From assembly GCA_009377535.1 (NCBI GenBank), contig WHTV01000007.1, positions 1,891-65,890 on the forward strand: DNA of 64,000 nt. Reading direction: 5' to 3'. Shown here one piece after another: positions 55,828 to 64,000 of this stretch. The notes under the pieces were generated by a model, which saw nothing but the letters and a program-made list of their open reading frames with translations, had not been told where the DNA came from and did no database searches. The stretch comes from Kiloniellaceae bacterium (GTDB lineage Bacteria > Pseudomonadota > Alphaproteobacteria > Kiloniellales > Kiloniellaceae). The position numbers and the translations under genes are program-made. How positions within the stretch are numbered: the stretch's first letter is position 1; every line of letters starts with the position of its first letter.

Positions 55828-56577
55828 ATGAAGGTTCTCGTACCGATCAAGCGCGTCATCGACGCCAACGTGAAGGTCCGCGTGAAGGCGGACAGGACCG
55901 GGGTAGAAACGGCCAACGTGAAGATGGCCATGAACCCCTTCTGCGAAATCGCGGTCGAGGAGGCCGTGCGCCTGAAGGAGGCCGGCACCGCCAGTGAGGT
56001 GATCGTGATCTCCATCGGTTCGGCTCAGGCGCAGGAGACCCTGCGCACCGGCCTCGCCATGGGCGCCGACCGCGGCATCCTGATCCTCTGCGAGGGCGAC
56101 CCGGAGCCGCTGGCCGTGGCCAAGCTGCTGAAGGCGGTCGTCGACAAGGAGGGCCCCGAGCTGGTCATCCTCGGCAAGCAGGCCGTCGACAACGACAACA
56201 ACCAGACCGGTCAGATGCTGGCTGCGCTGCTCGGCTGGCCGCAGGGCACCTTCATCTCCAAGATCGAGAAGACCGACGGCAGCTTCGCCATCACCCGCGA
56301 GGTGGACGGCGGCCTCGAGAAGCTCGAGCTCAAGCTGCCGGCGGTGGTGACCACCGACCTACGCCTCAACGAGCCGCGCTATGCTTCGCTGCCCAACATC
56401 ATGAAGGCGAAGAAGAAGCCGATCGACACTTTGAGCCCGGCCGACCTCGGCGTCGACGTCAGCCCGCGGCTGACCATCATCGCGGTGAACGAGCCGCCGG
56501 CGCGCAAGGCCGGTGTGAAGGTCGCCTCGGTCGCCGAACTGGTCGACAAACTGCGCAACGAAGCGAAGGTGATCTGA
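55828..56577 (+). CDS. etfB: electron transfer flavoprotein beta subunit
   Basis: [34 protein letters not shown]. Confidence 0.97.
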   Translation: MKVLVPIKRVIDANVKVRVKADRTGVETANVKMAMNPFCEIAVEEAVRLKEAGTASEVIVISIGSAQAQETLRTGLAMGADRGILILCEGDPEPLAVAKLLKAVVDKEGPELVILGKQAVDNDNNQTGQMLAALLGWPQGTFISKIEKTDGSFAITREVDGGLEKLELKLPAVVTTDLRLNEPRYASLPNIMKAKKKPIDTLSPADLGVDVSPRLTIIAVNEPPARKAGVKVASVAELVDKLRNEAKVI

Positions 56578-57509
56578 TGTCCACGCTGATCGTCGCCGAG
56601 CACGACAACGCGGAACTCAAGCCCGCCACGCTCAACGCCGTCATCGCCGCCGGACAGCTGCCCGGCGAGACTCACATCCTGATCGCCGGGGCCGGCTGCG
56701 GGGCCGTCGCCGCGGCCGCCGCCAAGATCGCCGGTGTGAGCAAGGTGCTGCAGGCCGACGACGCGGCCTACGCCCACGGCTTGGCCGAAAACCTGGCGCC
56801 GCTGGTGGCCAAGCTCGCCCCCAACTACAGCCACGTGATCGCCGCCGCCACTACCTTCGGCAAGAACGTCATGCCGCGCGCGGCCGCGCTGCTCGACGTG
56901 CAGCAGATTTCCGAGGTCGCCGCCATCGAGGGCGAAGACACCTTCGTGCGGCCGATCTATGCCGGCAACGCGCTGGCCACCGTAAAGTCGGGTGACGCTG
57001 TGAAGGTGCTGACCATCCGCGCCACGGCCTTCGACGCCGCCGCGGCCGAAGGCGGCGCCGCCGCCATCGAGGCGGTCGAGAGTACCGGCGATTCCGGCCT
57101 CGCAACTTTCAAGGGCCAGGAGCTCACCAAGTCGGAGCGGCCCGAGCTGACCACCGCAGGCATCGTGATCTCCGGCGGCCGCGGCATGCAGAGCGGCGAT
57201 AACTTCGCCCTGCTGGAGCGTGTCGCCGACAAGCTGGGCGCCGCCGTCGGCGCCTCGCGCGCCGCCGTGGACGCCGGCTTCGTGCCCAACGACTACCAGG
57301 TCGGCCAGACCGGCAAGGTGGTGGCGCCCGACCTCTACATCGCCGTCGGCATCTCCGGCGCCATTCAGCATCTCGCCGGCATGAAGGACTCCAAGGTCAT
57401 CGTCGCCATCAACAAGGACGAGGAGGCGCCGATCTTCCAGGTCGCCGACTACGGCCTGGTCGCGGATCTCTTCGAGGCGATGCCGGAGCTGGAAAAGGAA
57501 CTGGGCTGA
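56577..57509 (+). CDS. etfA: electron transfer flavoprotein alpha subunit
   Basis: [32 protein letters not shown]. Confidence 0.97.
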   Translation: MSTLIVAEHDNAELKPATLNAVIAAGQLPGETHILIAGAGCGAVAAAAAKIAGVSKVLQADDAAYAHGLAENLAPLVAKLAPNYSHVIAAATTFGKNVMPRAAALLDVQQISEVAAIEGEDTFVRPIYAGNALATVKSGDAVKVLTIRATAFDAAAAEGGAAAIEAVESTGDSGLATFKGQELTKSERPELTTAGIVISGGRGMQSGDNFALLERVADKLGAAVGASRAAVDAGFVPNDYQVGQTGKVVAPDLYIAVGISGAIQHLAGMKDSKVIVAINKDEEAPIFQVADYGLVADLFEAMPELEKELG

Positions 57510-57584
57510 ACCGGATGGCACGCTTGCCGTCCGCGCGGACGGCGGCCGCGCCCCGCTCGCTAGAACAGAGGCATCTTGGACCAC

Positions 57585-58493
57585 ATGGCACAACAGGACG
57601 CACCCGCCGGGGCCCTCACGGAAATCAAGTCCATCGGCGTCATCGGCGCCGGCCAGATGGGCAGCGGCATCGCGCACGTCTGTGCGCTGGCGGGCTACGA
57701 CGTGAAGCTTTCCGACGTTTCCGCCGAGCAGGCCGCCAAGGCGATCGAGGTCATCGCCGGCAACATGGATCGCCAGGTCAAGCGCGGCAAAATCAGCGAG
57801 GCCGAGAAGGCCGCCGGGCTGGGCCGCATCTCCTCGGGCACCGGCCTGGAGATGTTCGCCGACAGCGACGTCGTCATCGAGGCCGCCAGCGAGAACGAGG
57901 GGATCAAGCGCGATATCTTCAAAGCGCTCTGCCCGATGCTGAAGCCGAGCGCGCTGATCTGCTCCAACACCTCGTCGATCTCCATCACGCGGCTCGCCTC
58001 GGTCACCGACCGGCCGGCGAAGTTCATGGGCATGCACTTCATGAATCCGGTGCCGCTGATGCAGCTGGTCGAGCTGATCCGCGGCATCGCCACGGACGAG
58101 GCGACCTTCGAGACGGTACGCCGGCTCTCCGATAAGCTCGGCAAGACCACTGCTACGGCCGAGGACTTCCCGGCCTTCATCGTGAACCGCATCCTGCTGC
58201 CGATGATCAACGAGGCGGTCTACACGCTCTACGAGGGCGTCGGCTCGGTGAGCTCCATCGACACTGCCATGAAGCTCGGCGCCAACCACCCGATGGGCCC
58301 CCTGGAGCTGGCCGACTTCATCGGCCTCGACACCTGCCTCGCCATCATGTCCGTGCTCTACGACGGCCTCGCCGACAGCAAGTACCGGCCCTGCCCGCTG
58401 CTGGTGAAGTACGTCGAGGCCGGCTGGCTCGGCAAGAAGGTCGGCCGCGGCTTCTACGACTACTCGACCGACACCCCCGTCCCGACGCGCTGA
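57585..58493 (+). CDS. hbd: 3-hydroxybutyryl-CoA dehydrogenase
   Basis: [31 protein letters not shown]. Confidence 0.95.
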   Translation: MAQQDAPAGALTEIKSIGVIGAGQMGSGIAHVCALAGYDVKLSDVSAEQAAKAIEVIAGNMDRQVKRGKISEAEKAAGLGRISSGTGLEMFADSDVVIEAASENEGIKRDIFKALCPMLKPSALICSNTSSISITRLASVTDRPAKFMGMHFMNPVPLMQLVELIRGIATDEATFETVRRLSDKLGKTTATAEDFPAFIVNRILLPMINEAVYTLYEGVGSVSSIDTAMKLGANHPMGPLELADFIGLDTCLAIMSVLYDGLADSKYRPCPLLVKYVEAGWLGKKVGRGFYDYSTDTPVPTR

Positions 58494-58651
58494 GGCGTGA
58501 TCGAGAGGGTTGCGCGGCTTTCGCTGGACCGAAGATCGAACTTAGCCGGAGCTGGGTGAGGGGAAATCGCTCCAGCAATGAAGCCCTGCCGCAAGACTCC
58601 CGTTGTGAACCGACACACAGTCCTCCTGCGCAAAGGCAACCGATAAAATCC

Positions 58652-58876
58652 TCACCCGCGCTGCCACCAGGCGCCGAACTGCGCGGCGATCGACAGGAAC
58701 AGCCCGATGCCCATGACGGTCCACGATCCCCAGAGCACCGGATCGCGCAGGCTCGCCGGCGGCGCATCGCCAAAGCTAATGAGCGCGAACCAGCCGAGGC
58801 CGGCGGCCATCACCAGGAAAGCCAGCAACTGCAGCGCCTTCCAGCGCCTCGACGTTCGCTCGATCTGCTGAACCAT
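58652..58876 (-). CDS. small two-TM hypothetical protein
   Basis: Strong AG-rich SD; two hydrophobic segments. Confidence 0.65.
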   Translation of the reverse strand: MVQQIERTSRRWKALQLLAFLVMAAGLGWFALISFGDAPPASLRDPVLWGSWTVMGIGLFLSIAAQFGAWWQRG

Positions 58877-58939
58877 CCTTCTCCTTCCTTATGCCGCGTC
58901 CCGCAGCCGCGAGCCGAAGCATCCCCCTGTCACCGCGAA

Positions 58940-58966
58940 CCTCTCCCCCGCGAGCGGGTCGAGAGG
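58940..58966. repeat. CCTCTC...GAGAGG palindromic intergenic repeat remnant
   Basis: CCTCTCCCCCGCGAGCGGGTCGAGAGG resembles the common alphaproteobacterial CCCTCTCCCCGCxxGCGGGGAGAGGG repeat (recalled). Confidence 0.4.
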
Positions 58967-58984
58967 AGGGTGATTCCGGCTGCG

Positions 58985-59653
58985 TCAGCGGCGAATAAAT
59001 TCGAAGGTCTCGCCCGCAGCGTTTTGGTATTGCACCTTCAGCAACTCGCCGGTCGGCCCATACCACAGGTCGCGGTCGAGTTCGCCCGAGAGCTTGTAGT
59101 GCTCGGCCTCCACTTGGCCGCCGCTGGCTTCGATGGTTTCCTTGCCCATGAGATCGCTGCGCACCCGGTAGACGCTGTCGCTGTCGGCCGAGAATAGCTT
59201 GCCCGCGCTCAGGCGGTCTTTGCTCCACCAGCTGTCGATGGCCACCGGGCCGGAGAGCTCCTCTTCCGTGCCGTTGACGGTGCGGCTGTAGTGGCCTTCC
59301 TTGCGCACGATGGAGATCTCGTACTCGGTGCCGTCGTCGTAGGTCATGCCGGCGAGCGATTCGAGTTCGTCGCCGTGCCAGCGCTCGATGCGCTTGTGCT
59401 CGTAGCGAAACACGGTGAGGAAGGCGAACTTCACCGCCATGTCGGTCTCCACCGAGACCTTCAGGGTGCTGTTCTCGCGCTCGAAGACCAGACGGTGTTC
59501 GCCGATCTTGCTGCCGTCGCGCAGCACGTCGAAGACCATCGGATCCTCGGCGGCGGCCGTCGCCGCCAGGCCGGCAAGGCAAGGCCCCGCGACGGCGGCG
59601 GTGAACAACAGCGCCCGGAGGCGGCTGCGCGCAGGCGGAACGGCGAAACCCAT
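58985..59653 (-). CDS. exported protein, DUF6134-like
   Basis: Signal peptide; FDVLRDGSKIGEH, YRYEH-like FRYEH, LWYGPTG. Confidence 0.75.
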   Translation of the reverse strand: MGFAVPPARSRLRALLFTAAVAGPCLAGLAATAAAEDPMVFDVLRDGSKIGEHRLVFERENSTLKVSVETDMAVKFAFLTVFRYEHKRIERWHGDELESLAGMTYDDGTEYEISIVRKEGHYSRTVNGTEEELSGPVAIDSWWSKDRLSAGKLFSADSDSVYRVRSDLMGKETIEASGGQVEAEHYKLSGELDRDLWYGPTGELLKVQYQNAAGETFEFIRR

Positions 59654-59769
59654 GGGCTATGCCCTCCTCGAAGGCGAGCGGCAAGCATACGTCTGCGGCC
59701 GACTATTGTGGCCGTCGCCTCACTTGCGTACAAGTCTGCCGTGCAATCCGGCAGGGCTATTAACCAATT

Positions 59770-60408
<639 letters not shown>

Positions 60409-60435
60409 GGACGCGAAAAGCCTCCTAAGGGCCGA

Positions 60436-61878
60436 ATGAACGCCAAGACGCAAAAGCTGCCCGCCCCGGGCGGACCGACCGGCGCCCCGGAAAGCGACGG
60501 GGCCAACAGCATGTGGGGCGGCCGCTTCGCCGCCGGACCGGCCGAGGCGATGGAGCAGATCAACGCTTCCATCGGCTTCGACCGGCGACTCTACGCCCAA
60601 GATATCGCCGGGTCCAAGGCGCACTGCGCCATGCTGGTCCACCAGCGCATCATCAGCCAGGAGGACGGTGCCGCCATTCTCGGCGGCCTGGATGCCATCC
60701 TGAAGGAGATTGAGGCGGGCAGCTTCGTCTTCAAGACCAGCCTGGAAGACATCCACATGAACGTGGAGGCGCGGCTTGCCGAGTTGATCGGCGATGCCGC
60801 GGGGCGGCTGCACACCGCACGCTCGCGCAACGACCAGGTGGCCACCGACGTGCGCCTGTGGACGCGCGACGCCGTCGACCGCCTGGAAGCCTCCCTGCGC
60901 GACCTGCAGGCCGTGCTGCTCGACCAGGCCGAGGCCGAGGCCGACACCGTGATGCCGGGTTACACCCACCTGCAGGCCGCCCAGCCGGTGACCTTCGGCC
61001 ACCACATGCTGGCCTACGTGGAGATGTTGGGCCGCGACCGCGGACGCCTGCAGGATTGCCGCCGGCGCATGAACGAGTCGCCGCTCGGCGCCGCCGCGCT
61101 TGCCGGCACCTCCTTCGACATCGACCGCGACGCGACCGCCGCCACGCTCGGCTTCGACCGCCCGATGGCCAATTCCATCGACGCCGTATCCGACCGCGAC
61201 TACGCGCTGGAGTTCCTCGCCGCCGGCGCCATCGTCGCGCTGCACCTGTCGCGCCTTGCGGAGGAGATCGTGCTGTGGTGCTCGGCCGGCTTCCGCTTCG
61301 TCACCCTGTCGGACGCCTTCACCACCGGCAGCTCGATCATGCCGCAGAAGCGCAATCCCGATGCCGCCGAGCTGATCCGCGGCAAGGCGGGCCGGGTGAT
61401 CGGCGCGCTCGCCAGCCTGCTCATCGTCATGAAGGGGCTGCCGCTGTCCTACGGCAAGGACATGCAGGAAGACAAAGAGCCCCTGTTCGACGCCGCCGAC
61501 ACCCTGCAGCTCTGCGTCACCGCGATGACCGGAATGATCGCCGACATGAAGGCGAACCGTACGGCGCTGAAGGCCGCCACGGCGCACGGCTTCCTCACTG
61601 CCACTGACCTGGCCGACTGGCTGGTGCGGGTGCTCGGCATGCCCTTCCGCCAGGCCCACCACGTGACCGGCAGCATCGTAAAGCTGGCCGAGGATCGCGG
61701 CTGCGGGCTGGAACAGCTGCCCCTGTCCGAGATGCAGGCGTTCGAAGCGGGCATCACCGAGGATATCTTTTCCGTGCTCTCCGTGGAGAACGCCGTCGCC
61801 AGCCGCCTGAGCAGCGGCGGCACGGCGCCCGAGCGGGTGCGCGAAGCCGTTGCCGCAGCCAAGGAGCGCTTCCTATGA
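60436..61878 (+). CDS. argH: argininosuccinate lyase
   Basis: [27 protein letters not shown]. Confidence 0.97.
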   Translation: MNAKTQKLPAPGGPTGAPESDGANSMWGGRFAAGPAEAMEQINASIGFDRRLYAQDIAGSKAHCAMLVHQRIISQEDGAAILGGLDAILKEIEAGSFVFKTSLEDIHMNVEARLAELIGDAAGRLHTARSRNDQVATDVRLWTRDAVDRLEASLRDLQAVLLDQAEAEADTVMPGYTHLQAAQPVTFGHHMLAYVEMLGRDRGRLQDCRRRMNESPLGAAALAGTSFDIDRDATAATLGFDRPMANSIDAVSDRDYALEFLAAGAIVALHLSRLAEEIVLWCSAGFRFVTLSDAFTTGSSIMPQKRNPDAAELIRGKAGRVIGALASLLIVMKGLPLSYGKDMQEDKEPLFDAADTLQLCVTAMTGMIADMKANRTALKAATAHGFLTATDLADWLVRVLGMPFRQAHHVTGSIVKLAEDRGCGLEQLPLSEMQAFEAGITEDIFSVLSVENAVASRLSSGGTAPERVREAVAAAKERFL

Positions 61879-62141
61879 CGGTCACCCCCCGGCGGACCCG
61901 CTCCGCAATACACCTGCTGCTGACGGTGGCCCTCGCGGCACCTCTGGTGCTTGGCCTCGGCGCCTGCGGCAAGAAGGGCTCGCCCAAACCGCCGCCGGGC
62001 GAAGAAAGCCAGTACAGCCATCCGCGGCCCTATCCTGCGCCCGCGACCGTGGCACCCAGCGGCAACAGCCAAGGCGAGGACGATGCCGGCCCGCTGTCGA
62101 TCTTCAACAACGACAGCCGCAGCAGGACCAAAACCTACTAA
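61875..62141 (+). CDS. small lipoprotein (LptM/LppL-like)
   Basis: [10 protein letters not shown] lipobox; between argH and lysA. Confidence 0.8.
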   Translation: MTVTPRRTRSAIHLLLTVALAAPLVLGLGACGKKGSPKPPPGEESQYSHPRPYPAPATVAPSGNSQGEDDAGPLSIFNNDSRSRTKTY

Positions 62142-62181
62142 AGCCCGTTCCCCCTTGAGGAACGGCAAGGAAAGCGATTCG

Positions 62182-63534
62182 ATGACCAGTCGTTACTTCA
62201 GCTATCGCGACGGGCGGCTGCATGCCTCCGAAGTGGCCCTCGATGCCCTGGCGGCAGAGGTCGGCACGCCCTTCTACTGCTATTCCGCCGACGCCCTGGA
62301 GCACGGCTACCGGCATTTCGCAGCCGCACTGTCCGGGCTGCCGGCGACCATCTGCTACGCGCTGAAGGCCAATTCCAATCAGGCGGTGATCGGGACCTTC
62401 GCGGCGCTCGGGGCCGGGGCCGACGTGGTCTCCGAAGGCGAACTGCGGCGCGCCCTGGCCGCCGGCGTGCCGGCGCATAAGATCGTCTTCGCCGGCGTCG
62501 GCAAGACCGCCGCGGAACTCGCCGCCGGCCTCGATGCCGGCATCCTGCAATTCAACGTGGAATCCCTCTCGGAGCTGCGGCTGCTCTCACAGATCGCGAC
62601 GGCGCGCGGCACCACGGCAGCGGTCGCCCTGCGCGTCAATCCGGACGTCGATGCCGGCACCCACGCCAAGATCACCACCGGCCGGGCCGACACCAAGTTC
62701 GGTATCGACGCCAAGGAAGCGCGCGACTTCCTGCTCGCCAACCGCGACATCCCCGGCCTCCGGGTCGAGGGCCTGGCGGTGCACATCGGCTCGCAGCTGA
62801 CCGACATCGCGCCTTACCGCCTGGCTTTCGAGCGCCTGATCGCGCTGTACCGGGAGTTGCGCGCCGCCGGCGTTGCGCTGAGGCGCCTCGATTTCGGCGG
62901 TGGCATCGGCATCAGCTACGAGCACGGTCCGACGGGTGAGGAGGTCGCCGAGGCCGACGCCCGGGTCACTGCCTATGCGGAGATGGTGCGCGCGCTGGTC
63001 AAGGACCTCGACGTCGAACTGGTGTTCGAGCCGGGCCGCCTGCTGGTCGGCAACGCCGGCGTGCTGGTGACCCGCGTGCTCTACGTGAAGGACAACGGCC
63101 CGCGCCGCTTCATCATCGTCGATGCGGCGATGAACGACCTCATTCGCCCGTCGCTCTACGACGCCTGGCATGAGATCGTGCCGCTCAAGGCAGCGGCGCC
63201 GGGGGCCGAGCGGCGCCCGGTCGACGTGGTCGGCCCGGTCTGCGAATCGACCGACACCTTCGCCAGGCAGCGCCCCCTCCCGCCTATTGCCGAAGGCGAC
63301 CTGCTGGCCTTCTCCTCCACCGGCGCCTACAGCTTTGTGATGGCGTCGACGTACAATTCCCGGCTGTTGGCTCCGGAAGTCATGGTGCGCGGGGACCGCT
63401 CTGCGGTAGTGCGCGCGCGGATGGATTATGAGACAATGATCGGACAGGATCGCATGCCGGACTGGCTGGCGGCGGCGCCGGACGAAGACTTAAGTCCTAA
63501 CAGACAAGCGGGGAAAACGCGCGGCGCGGCCTAG
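62182..63534 (+). CDS. lysA: diaminopimelate decarboxylase
   Basis: YALKANS PLP-lysine, HIGSQ, EPGR, GPVCESTD. Confidence 0.97.
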   Translation: MTSRYFSYRDGRLHASEVALDALAAEVGTPFYCYSADALEHGYRHFAAALSGLPATICYALKANSNQAVIGTFAALGAGADVVSEGELRRALAAGVPAHKIVFAGVGKTAAELAAGLDAGILQFNVESLSELRLLSQIATARGTTAAVALRVNPDVDAGTHAKITTGRADTKFGIDAKEARDFLLANRDIPGLRVEGLAVHIGSQLTDIAPYRLAFERLIALYRELRAAGVALRRLDFGGGIGISYEHGPTGEEVAEADARVTAYAEMVRALVKDLDVELVFEPGRLLVGNAGVLVTRVLYVKDNGPRRFIIVDAAMNDLIRPSLYDAWHEIVPLKAAAPGAERRPVDVVGPVCESTDTFARQRPLPPIAEGDLLAFSSTGAYSFVMASTYNSRLLAPEVMVRGDRSAVVRARMDYETMIGQDRMPDWLAAAPDEDLSPNRQAGKTRGAA

Positions 63535-63635
63535 GTTCTGAGACGGAACGCTCTAGTTCCGGGGTTAGAGAGATAGCCTGCGGCTTTCTTGGGGGCGTCA
63601 CCGCAGGCGCCTGGACGCAGAAACAGGAAGCACGC

Positions 63636-64000
63636 ATGAGCGAGACAGGGCGCAAACGGCCCTCCCCCCAGCCCGAGCAGGCCGATCCCGCGCAGGGTCC
63701 CAGCCCCACCCGGGCCGAAGCCAGGCGGATGCTGGCCCGCTTCTCCTTCCTTCTCACCCTGGCGCGCAGTGCCGTCGCCTGGGAAAGCATCTGGCCCGCC
63801 GCCTGGCCGGTCCTCGGCGTCCTCGGCGCCTTCCTCGCCATCGCCCTCTCCGGCCTGCTGCCTGCGCTCGACGGCTGGCTGCACAGCACCTTGCTGGCGA
63901 CCTTCGCCGTGGCGCTGCTGGCGGCCCTGGTCTACGCCACCCGGCGCGTTTCCCTGCCCGACGAACACGCCGGCAAGCGCCGGTTGGAGCGCGACAGCGG
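63636..64000 (+). CDS. TIGR02302/DUF4175-type membrane protein, 3'-truncated
   Basis: ATG 63636; AWESIWPAAWP N-terminal motif; usual position after lysA. Confidence 0.75.
   Translation, partial: MSETGRKRPSPQPEQADPAQGPSPTRAEARRMLARFSFLLTLARSAVAWESIWPAAWPVLGVLGAFLAIALSGLLPALDGWLHSTLLATFAVALLAALVYATRRVSLPDEHAGKRRLERDS

Overview
High-GC alphaproteobacterial chromosome segment; the gene set and synteny suggest Rhodospirillales (inference). Bases 1-2760 look like the tail of an older island, with a Fic/DUF4172 gene and att-arm-like motifs. Bases 2761-12920 are a complete ~10.1-kb integrative element in tRNA-Leu(CAA), bounded by a 57-bp duplication of the tRNA 3' half. It carries a tyrosine integrase, an AlpA/Xis-like HTH protein, a split primase/DUF927 helicase and an iteron-like origin, but no capsid, terminase or relaxase. 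Its only large cargo is a 1364-aa protein with a Cap4-like nuclease, a STAND NTPase and a helical-repeat tail, a strong candidate Avs-like anti-phage protein on a minimal satellite. The rest is mostly core or metabolic DNA: cold-shock protein, dsbB/coq7, an MCP, gluQ, a probable isethionate (ise-like) TRAP/GMC cluster, a YciI/ECF block bracketed by two paralogous small lipoproteins, an ACT gene with an Ile-codon leader/attenuator, the ethylmalonyl-CoA genes ecm/ccr/mcd with a degenerate PhyH gene between them, an orphan Flp pilin, ada, ArsR/ArsP, etfBA-hbd and tlpA-argH-lysA. All calls come from reading motifs by eye; no database search was run.
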